A stretch of 64,000 bases of DNA from positions 1 to 64,000 of the forward strand of contig CAWDOY010000012.1 of NCBI GenBank assembly GCA_963803975.1, written 5' to 3'. Positions 57,304 through 64,000 of this stretch are shown here, one piece after another; positions within the stretch are counted from its first letter, which is position 1, and each line of letters starts with the position of its first letter. The translations under genes and the position numbers were made by a program. The DNA comes from an uncultured delta proteobacterium. Its GTDB lineage: Bacteria; Desulfobacterota; WTBG01; CAIYCZ01. Below the pieces are notes generated by a model. The model had not been told where the DNA came from, searched no databases, and saw only the letters and a list, made by a program, of their open reading frames with translations.

Positions 57304-57966
57304 TCATACCGGCTTAATTCCCGTCACTCGCAAACCGAGTGCTGTTTCGACAACCTCGCATCCGGCGAGTTCCGTCATGTTGAGTAAAGCCTTTACCTCT
57401 GCCATGGTGTAGGCAGCGCCGATTGAGGCTCGGAGACTTTCCAGGATCAGTTCGGACTTCACCCTTTGCTCGAGGAAGTTGCAGGCCGAGCGTGACAGGT
57501 CCCGGCGAAGATCGGACACGTATAATCTTCCGCCGGGCTTCAGGACCCTCCAAAGCTCGGTGAAGATCGTACCTGGATTGAGCCACTCATGCAGCGAGCG
57601 GCTGGTAAAGACCGCGTCGAAGGCATTGTCCTCAAAGGGTATTGCCGCCGCGGAGCCAAGGAGTTGTTCAACGCGGTCGGCGAGTCCCAGTTCCCGCGCG
57701 TGATTCCTGGCTATCGCGACCATGTCCGGGCTTATGTCAAGACCGACGAGGCGGGTATCCCTTGTTTGCAGCAACCATTCCAGCCCGAGATAACCGGGTC
57801 CCGATCCGACCTCCAGCGCAAATCCACTCACAATGCCATTGAGCAGGAGATCCCCGGTCTCAAGCCATCCCTGCTCTCGGAGAGATGCCTGCATCCGGTC
57901 ATAGTTTTCGGCATAGGCACGACCTGAAATCGTATGGTTTGTCTCCGGAACCCTTGGTTTTGTCAT
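57304..57966 (-). CDS. Class I SAM-dependent methyltransferase
   Basis: LEVGSGPG, GLDISPDM, IPFEDNAFD, LHEW, LKPGG. Confidence 0.9.
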   Translation of the reverse strand: MTKPRVPETNHTISGRAYAENYDRMQASLREQGWLETGDLLLNGIVSGFALEVGSGPGYLGLEWLLQTRDTRLVGLDISPDMVAIARNHARELGLADRVEQLLGSAAAIPFEDNAFDAVFTSRSLHEWLNPGTIFTELWRVLKPGGRLYVSDLRRDLSRSACNFLEQRVKSELILESLRASIGAAYTMAEVKALLNMTELAGCEVVETALGLRVTGIKPV

Positions 57967-58229
57967 TGGTCTCGACTGAGAGGAAACTCGCTTTGGGATG
58001 AGGCGAATATAGGACGAGGGCTGTTGTGTGTCAATAAAAAGTTCGCCGCAAGATATGGGCAGGGGTTATTCAGACCAAAAACAGCGGGGCGATTAAAACA
58101 CACATCGTTCTTGCAAATTGAATTCCGCTGGCATACAACAAACGTATGATTCAGGAAGGCGCCGGTAGGTGCGCAGGAGCGCGACATAATCTAAGCAGTG
58201 AAACCGTGCGAACGGATCACAGGGTATTT

Positions 58230-59708
58230 ATGAAGTTGTTTTCAACAATCCTTTTACTCATCGTATGCAGCTGCACTATGGGCTGTTCGGCCTCAAAAAC
58301 CCTGTTTTTCCCCGATGTCGCGCTTTCCCGCACGCCACAGGAAATCCGCTATGACGTGAACGGCAATGGCAGGGCCGACTTTGCGCTGCAGGCCGATGCA
58401 GACAACCGGGCGACCACGCTTGCCTATGCCCATGAACAAGACGGACGATATGCCCGAATCTACCGCATAAATGACTATGCACCAGACAGTGTGCCGCACC
58501 TGATTATTCTGCTGGATTCAATCCCCTATCAGTGCGTGCTTGATGTTTATAATGCCGGCCGTTTCAGCTGGTTCCCGCCGCCCCAGAAGGTGATCGCTCC
58601 CTTCCCGACGATGAGCGCCGTTATTTTCAACCAGATTCTTCAGGCCCCTCCGCTTGCGGGAACAAACAATTATTTCTACGATCAGCGCACCAATCGGATC
58701 TGTAATCGCTTCTGGGATGCTGCCACGGGCGGCAAGACCACCTGGCAGCGCTACCTGCACTATAACGCTGACTATATGAGGGAAGGGCTGGGGTTTATAA
58801 ACACGCGGAAGACATTCCGCCGCGAATTGGAAAGCATCAAGCAGGCGTTCGACCAAAGCCCCGATCGAGTAACAATTGTTTATGTCGTCAGCTCCGCAGC
58901 CATGGCCTGCAAATATGGCAGGCAGGGCATCGATGACTGCCTGCGCGAAGTAGAGCGTCTGTGCCTTCAGCTTTTATGGGAGCGTCAGGGCGCCCTTAAA
59001 ATTTCCATACTGGCTGACCACGGCCACAACCTCACGCCGTCACAGTTTGTATCTATAAAAAATATTTTAAGCGAGGCAGGATTTGCCGTGAGGGACAAAA
59101 TCCAGTCGGATACCGATATCGTTATCGACACGGAGGGGCTGGTCACCTATGCGGGCATACATACGCGACGACCGGCGGCTGTTGCCGACGTGCTGCTGCA
59201 GAAGCCGCAAACGCAGCTTGCCCTGTATATGGACGGCGAACGGGTTATCGTGCGTGACAACAGGGGCTCGGCAGCAATAGAAAAAAAGGGCGGCAAAATA
59301 CGCTATGTCGCCATAGACCGGGATGTGCTGAACTACCAGCCGGTAGTTACTTTGCTGACCATGTCCGGAAAGGCGGATGCGGAAGGCTTTGCATCATCAG
59401 ACGACTGGTTTATTGCAACGGTTGACCATGAATGGCCGAATGCCCCCCCCCGGATATGGGATGCCTTTCACGGCATTGTCGTTTGCCCGTCCGACCTGAT
59501 GATAACCCTCAAGGATGGATACGTGAGCGGGTATCCCCTCTTTAAAGCCTTTATCGACATGGCCTCTTCACATGGAGGGCTCAACCAGATGAGCAGCGCG
59601 ACATTTCTGCTGAGCATGACCGGACGGGCAACCCGGCCGTTGCGAAGCGGGGAAGTCCTGCAGACGATCGAGCCTGGTTATATGCCCGCCATCCGCCCGG
59701 GAAAATAA
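58230..59708 (+). CDS. Alkaline-phosphatase-superfamily lipoprotein
   Basis: Lipobox MGC; LLDSIPY, PFPTMS, ADHGHN, SHGGL. Confidence 0.7.
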   Translation: MKLFSTILLLIVCSCTMGCSASKTLFFPDVALSRTPQEIRYDVNGNGRADFALQADADNRATTLAYAHEQDGRYARIYRINDYAPDSVPHLIILLDSIPYQCVLDVYNAGRFSWFPPPQKVIAPFPTMSAVIFNQILQAPPLAGTNNYFYDQRTNRICNRFWDAATGGKTTWQRYLHYNADYMREGLGFINTRKTFRRELESIKQAFDQSPDRVTIVYVVSSAAMACKYGRQGIDDCLREVERLCLQLLWERQGALKISILADHGHNLTPSQFVSIKNILSEAGFAVRDKIQSDTDIVIDTEGLVTYAGIHTRRPAAVADVLLQKPQTQLALYMDGERVIVRDNRGSAAIEKKGGKIRYVAIDRDVLNYQPVVTLLTMSGKADAEGFASSDDWFIATVDHEWPNAPPRIWDAFHGIVVCPSDLMITLKDGYVSGYPLFKAFIDMASSHGGLNQMSSATFLLSMTGRATRPLRSGEVLQTIEPGYMPAIRPGK

Positions 59709-59937
59709 CCCGAAATTCTCATTCAATATCCTGCATAAAAAAATTCAAAACTAACTGGACCGGTAGATTTACGGAATAAGGAAATAGATAGCATATAGAG
59801 ACGGGTTTGATCTTTTTTTTATTTTCTTTTAAAGGTCCAAGCATGCGATAGAGAGAGATACTTTGACACCCCTCTTGTATACACCCCTCACCCGGTTGAC
59901 GAAGAAGAATAACCGATCCTGTGAATGCCCCAGTATA

Positions 59938-59975
59938 AACCAGGGGCAGCACCATTAACAGTGTTACCCCTGGTT
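59938..59975. terminator. Hairpin just before the right att copy
   Basis: AACCAGGGGCAGCAC-N8-GTGTTACCCCTGGTT. Confidence 0.5.
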
Positions 59976-59987
59976 CTGGTTGCGTAT

Positions 59988-60094
59988 AGGTCGCGAGTTC
60001 GAGCCTCGTCGTCCCCGCCAGTTTCTGATAGTAGAACAGGGAGTTAGCTAATCAGGCTGACTCCTTGTTTTGCTTCTGCCTCTCTGGAAGTCCC
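59988..60094 (+). mobile_element. 107-bp direct repeat, copy 2: tRNA-Asp 3' end (to CCA at 60020) plus terminator; attR-like
   Basis: Matches 25104-25210. Confidence 0.9.
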
Positions 60095-60283
60095 GGTTAT
60101 GGGCTGCCCGCAAACCGTGAAACACAAAAACCGCTATTGGCCATTTTGTTATTTTCATTGACAATCAGGCCAGTCATTCCCGGCCTTCCCTGATGGTTAT
60201 CGCGCTATTTTATTCGGGCCAAAAAAGCAGTTAGTGTTTTTGTGGCAAATCAAGAGTATGCCTTTTATTCCTTTTTTATTCCT

Positions 60284-60311
60284 TTGATATTTTTAAAACT
60301 TTAGATATAAT
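60284..60311 (+). promoter_or_regulatory. Candidate sigma70 promoter for the helicase
   Basis: TTGATA-N16-TATAAT. Confidence 0.45.
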
Positions 60312-60466
60312 TGTGGCGGTTTTTCACTCACGGTGAACGGAAGGGGATCATGATAGAACCTGTTGCCACGGGAAATGCGTAAAGCAGTTTTTCCATGCGC
60401 CGGTGTTCTCCCCTCTATTTTTCGCATGGCATAGGGCGATGGTACTGCACAGGAGAAAAAAGCAAA

Positions 60467-62134
60467 ATGAATTTTTCAGAACTTAACCTTAATGAAAACC
60501 TGATGAGGGGCATCGAGGATGCCGGCTTTACGGAGTGCCTGCCGGTGCAGGAGCGCACCTACGTGCACACGCTCAAAGGCCGGGACGTCATGGTGCAATC
60601 GCAGACCGGCTCAGGAAAAACAGCAGCGTTCCTGGTATCGATATTCCAGCTCTTCAGCCAGGACAGCTACAAAAACCCGAAGCGGGCACTCATCATCGCG
60701 CCAACCAGGGAGCTCGCCATACAGATCGAGGATGAGGCAAAAATCCTCGGTGCGCACCTGCCCTACCGGACCGGCTGTTTCTACGGCGGGGTGGGATACG
60801 ACCGGCAGGAGCATCTCCTGCAGAAGGGGGTTGACATCATCGTCGGCACACCAGGGCGGCTCATCGACTTTAACCAGTCGCGAAAACTCAAGTTCGACGA
60901 TATCGGCTTGCTCATCATTGACGAGGCCGACCGGCTCTTCGACATGGGGTTTCTCCCCGACATCCGGCGGATGGTAAAAAAGATGCCTGACGTCAGTCAC
61001 CGCCAGACCATGCTTTTCAGCGCAACGCTCACCGGCCGGGTGCGGGAACTGGCGATGGAGTATATGAACGACCCGGTCGAGATCGAGGTTGCGCCGGAGC
61101 AGGTAACCGTCGATTCCGTCACGCAGGAGCTCTACCACGTCGGCAGGGACGAGAAGCTGAGCCTGCTCCTCGGCCTGCTGAGGAAGGAGAGCCCGTCCAG
61201 CGCGCTTATCTTCACCAACATGAAGAGCACGGCCATCAGGGTGGCCCAGCGGCTGGCGCACAACGGCTTCGGTTGCGAGTACATCATCGGCGACCTCCCC
61301 CAGCAGAAGCGGCTGACGATCATCAACGCGATGAAATCCGGAAAAATACGCTTTCTCGTCGCCACCGATGTCGCTGCGCGCGGCTTGCACATCAATGACC
61401 TCGATCTCGTTGTGAACTACGACCTTCCGGCAGACCCGGAGGCGTACGTCCACCGGATCGGCCGCACCGCCCGTGTCGGTAAGAAAGGAAAAGCCATAAC
61501 CCTGGTCTGTGAGCGCTACGTGTACGGCCTGGAAGCTATCGAGTCGCTTATCAATATCAAAATCCCGGTTGCGTTTGCTGAAGAGGCAGAGTATGCCGAT
61601 GATAAATCACGAGGCATGCGCTTCCACGAGGAGAAACGGGGACGAGGCCCGGAGAAGAGAACTGATCGCGGCGGAAAACCAAGGTATGCCGAAAGGCAGA
61701 AGCGCCCGGAAAGGCCAGGACACGCCGAGAGGCCCCAACACGCCGGGAAAACGGGGCAAACGGAGAAACCGCGTCACATCGAGCGGCCGAAACACGCTGA
61801 AAAACCGTTGGTCGGGCGGGAACACGCTGCAGCGGCCGTACCCGGAGAGGCCGATACAAGAAAGAGAAAAATGATAAAGCCCGCAGCGGAGCATAGCCGC
61901 CGTCCTGAGCGAGCAAGGCTGCCGGCGGGTGAACCCCGCCATCACGAGGAAAAAAAGCAGCAGAGAAAAGACCCGGACCGTAAACAGCCCATTGAAAACC
62001 GGCTTGATTACTACCGGAAAAAGTACGGTGAAGACTTCAAGCCGTCCACGGTGCCGAAGAAGCGCAAGCGTACGAAGCTGCTCGATACGCTCAAGGGAAT
62101 TTTTTCCCGCAAGAAACCTGCAAAAAAATCCTGA
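60467..62134 (+). CDS. DEAD-box ATP-dependent RNA helicase (RhlB/RhlE-like)
   Basis: QTGSGKT, PTRELA, GTPGRL, DEAD, SAT, TDVAARGL, HRIGRTAR; RBS AGGAG before ATG 60467. Confidence 0.95.
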   Translation: MNFSELNLNENLMRGIEDAGFTECLPVQERTYVHTLKGRDVMVQSQTGSGKTAAFLVSIFQLFSQDSYKNPKRALIIAPTRELAIQIEDEAKILGAHLPYRTGCFYGGVGYDRQEHLLQKGVDIIVGTPGRLIDFNQSRKLKFDDIGLLIIDEADRLFDMGFLPDIRRMVKKMPDVSHRQTMLFSATLTGRVRELAMEYMNDPVEIEVAPEQVTVDSVTQELYHVGRDEKLSLLLGLLRKESPSSALIFTNMKSTAIRVAQRLAHNGFGCEYIIGDLPQQKRLTIINAMKSGKIRFLVATDVAARGLHINDLDLVVNYDLPADPEAYVHRIGRTARVGKKGKAITLVCERYVYGLEAIESLINIKIPVAFAEEAEYADDKSRGMRFHEEKRGRGPEKRTDRGGKPRYAERQKRPERPGHAERPQHAGKTGQTEKPRHIERPKHAEKPLVGREHAAAAVPGEADTRKRKMIKPAAEHSRRPERARLPAGEPRHHEEKKQQRKDPDRKQPIENRLDYYRKKYGEDFKPSTVPKKRKRTKLLDTLKGIFSRKKPAKKS

Positions 62135-62311
62135 AGCAGCAGGTGCAAAGACAGGTCAGGCCCTGCAAGAGAGATATGCTGGTAATTGTTTATCGTTACC
62201 TGCTGTTTTCTCTGCCGTCACCAGCACCCCTTCCCGCTATCTTTGGCGGTAAAGCCCGCGATAATGAAATAAAGCGTGCAGTACAGAATCCATACTGGGG
62301 AGCCGGTATTT

Positions 62312-62728
62312 TCAGGGTGCGCTCAATTTTTCCCGGGCAGTCTGATATTTTTGCATCCTTTCAATATCACGCTCAGTCACATTTTCAATACGCCGGATGT
62401 CCATGTTGTCCTCCAGGTCAGCCAGCTTCACTTTGACAGCGAGCGGATTGTGTCTGAGGCGATTAATAAAGATTTCATACGCCTCACCCTCCCTGCGCGT
62501 CAGATGGTCAACCGCCGCGATAACCTCCTCTGAGAACCCCTCGGCGCGAAGATCAGCCAGGGTCACGCTGCTGTCCTCCACGACGTCATGCAGCACCGCT
62601 GCAATCATCCCGGCTTGACTGTCCATTTTCATCATTATTCTGAGAGGATGTAAAATATACGGCGCGCCGGCTTTATCTTTTTGTCCCGCATGGGCTTTTA
62701 CTGCACATTGAATCGCTTTTTCCAGCAT
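62312..62728 (-). CDS. Small HD-domain hydrolase (Mesh1/SpoT-hydrolase-like)
   Basis: AHAGQ.DK.G.PYILHP, LHDVVED, VKLADLEDN. Confidence 0.85.
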   Translation of the reverse strand: MLEKAIQCAVKAHAGQKDKAGAPYILHPLRIMMKMDSQAGMIAAVLHDVVEDSSVTLADLRAEGFSEEVIAAVDHLTRREGEAYEIFINRLRHNPLAVKVKLADLEDNMDIRRIENVTERDIERMQKYQTAREKLSAP

Positions 62729-62967
62729 ACTATACTATTTCCTGCTCTTCCTTACATCCTGATAACGTTATTTTTATCAATGCTCAAAATTTGAGCAATG
62801 TGCTGAATCTCTTTTTGCTGTGCGGCTCTGAATTGTTTTGAACCGGGGTTTATAACAGGATTTCCACAAAAGCTGTGGAATTTTATGTTACGGTAGCATA
62901 TGATAATTTAAAAAGCATTGGTATAGTATCATTAAGATTCCGAATCCCCGGCTCTGGTAAAACAGGT

Positions 62968-63798
62968 ATGATGGAAAATAATAAATATCTGCGCTTGTTC
63001 CCGCTTCTTTGTTTTGTTTTTGTTTTCCCTATCCTTTCTCTTTGTTCAGCCGGCAGCGCGGCAACCCTTTATGAGCGCTCTCTTGAAAAATTTCAGGCCA
63101 AGGCAGAAAAGGCTTCATCAAAAGAGTTTGTTTTCGTGGTCCTCGGGGACAGCAGGGATAATGATAAAATTTATAAAAAATCTCTTACTCTTGCCGCACA
63201 GTTCAACCCGCTCTTTATCCTGCACACCGGCGATATCAGCAACACAGGCAGCAAAAAAGAACTGGATCACTTTCTATCACTGTCGGAGAATACGATACCT
63301 GACATTCCCCTGTTTGTTGTTTTCGGTAACCATGAATTACATGACGGCAAAAAATTGTTTGAGCAGACGATAGGTCCGCTCAACTATGTTTTTGAAAGTG
63401 CTAAGCTGAATATTAAAACTATTGTGCTGGACAATGCAGAGTACTCTTTGAAGCCTGACCAGTTGAACTACCTGCGCAGCCAGCTTCTTAACCGACGGGT
63501 TTTTACCTTTGTTGCCATGCACATACCTCCTAAAACCAGGCGGTGGACATGGCATTCCTTCTCAGATGGTGCAGATGATTTGATGCAGACATTATCCGCC
63601 GGCAAAGTAAGCCTCTCTTTTTTTGGACATATTCATCAGTGCGATGAGGATGAAATCAAGGGCGTGAAATGTATAGTTAGCGGCGGAGCCGGCGCTCCGC
63701 TTAACAGATTTTTCCTTCCCGGGAAACCGGTGTATCACATAATAGTGGTAAAAGTTAAAGACGGAACGGTTTCATATACTGTCGAAAACGTCCTGTAA
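62968..63798 (+). CDS. Calcineurin-like metallophosphoesterase, exported
   Basis: GDSR, TGD, GNHE, MHIP, GHIH, SGGAG. Confidence 0.9.
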   Translation: MMENNKYLRLFPLLCFVFVFPILSLCSAGSAATLYERSLEKFQAKAEKASSKEFVFVVLGDSRDNDKIYKKSLTLAAQFNPLFILHTGDISNTGSKKELDHFLSLSENTIPDIPLFVVFGNHELHDGKKLFEQTIGPLNYVFESAKLNIKTIVLDNAEYSLKPDQLNYLRSQLLNRRVFTFVAMHIPPKTRRWTWHSFSDGADDLMQTLSAGKVSLSFFGHIHQCDEDEIKGVKCIVSGGAGAPLNRFFLPGKPVYHIIVVKVKDGTVSYTVENVL

Positions 63799-64000
63799 TG
63801 AACAGCAGGAACAGAACGTTCATAGCATCCTGCCGCAGATATATGCTGGAGGAATAGACCCTTGTATACTCAGGAACAGCTGGCACGACGCAAAGCATCG
63901 CCATGGACACGGGTGGTCTCGGCTCTTGCTCCAACCCAATTTATAGCTTTTGTTATCAGCTTTTATTTCGTGCTGCAATTTATTTTAACAAACCAGGGAT

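Noticed and set aside
25160..57966. Claim that the cluster makes ladderanes
   Set aside because: Resemblance is at gene-content level only, and ladderane enzymes are themselves unproven; product left as unknown
59719..60400. Small ORF 59719-59955 and a possible riboswitch upstream of the helicase
   Set aside because: The ORF has no motifs and spans AT-rich spacer; I could not match any riboswitch consensus by eye (Rfam cmscan would settle it)
62781..62797. Palindrome TGCTCAAAATTTGAGCA between divergent genes
   Set aside because: Single occurrence with no cognate regulator nearby; too weak to call
1..64000. CRISPR array, IS transposase, integrase, reverse transcriptase or phage genes
   Set aside because: I saw no regularly spaced repeats and no ORF with such motifs in the track or in the spacers I read

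Overview
The window looks like DNA from an anaerobic Gram-negative bacterium (Desulfobacterota/deltaproteobacterial-like, inferred from gene content and repeat types). Three partial copies of a tRNA-Asp(GTC) 3' end (202-221, 25092-25136, 59988-60020) divide it into two tandem cargo blocks, and I find no integrase in either. Block 1 (~0.2-25 kb) is a ~23 kb minus-strand catabolic-type operon opposite a divergent TetR gene with four palindromic operator-like sites. It contains two paralogous copies of a four-gene module (SCP2-like protein, VAO/PCMH-family flavoprotein A, CCG-domain Fe-S protein, flavoprotein B). Between and after the modules lie a YCF48/RND/DUF1302/DUF1329 envelope set, an atypical phosphotriesterase-like protein, separate NuoF/NuoG/GltD-like electron-transfer parts and a geranylgeranyl-reductase-like flavoprotein. 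Block 2 (~25.2-60 kb) is a type II FAS/PKS cluster of the aryl-polyene / anammox 'ladderane-candidate' type. It has 4 ketosynthases (one fused to a chain-length-factor-like domain), 3 ACPs, 4 radical SAM enzymes (2 B12-binding), an aromatic amino-acid ammonia-lyase, an AMP-ligase, a phytoene-desaturase-like flavoprotein, a DAK2-DegV fusion, an MMPL-methyltransferase fusion, acyl- and glycosyltransferases, LolA, and an adjacent U32 plus methyltransferase pair. About ten frameshifts fall in 30-53 kb (sequencing error or decay). Ordinary genes follow the last tRNA fragment: a DEAD-box helicase, an HD protein and a metallophosphoesterase. All family calls come from motif recognition by eye; no database searches were run.
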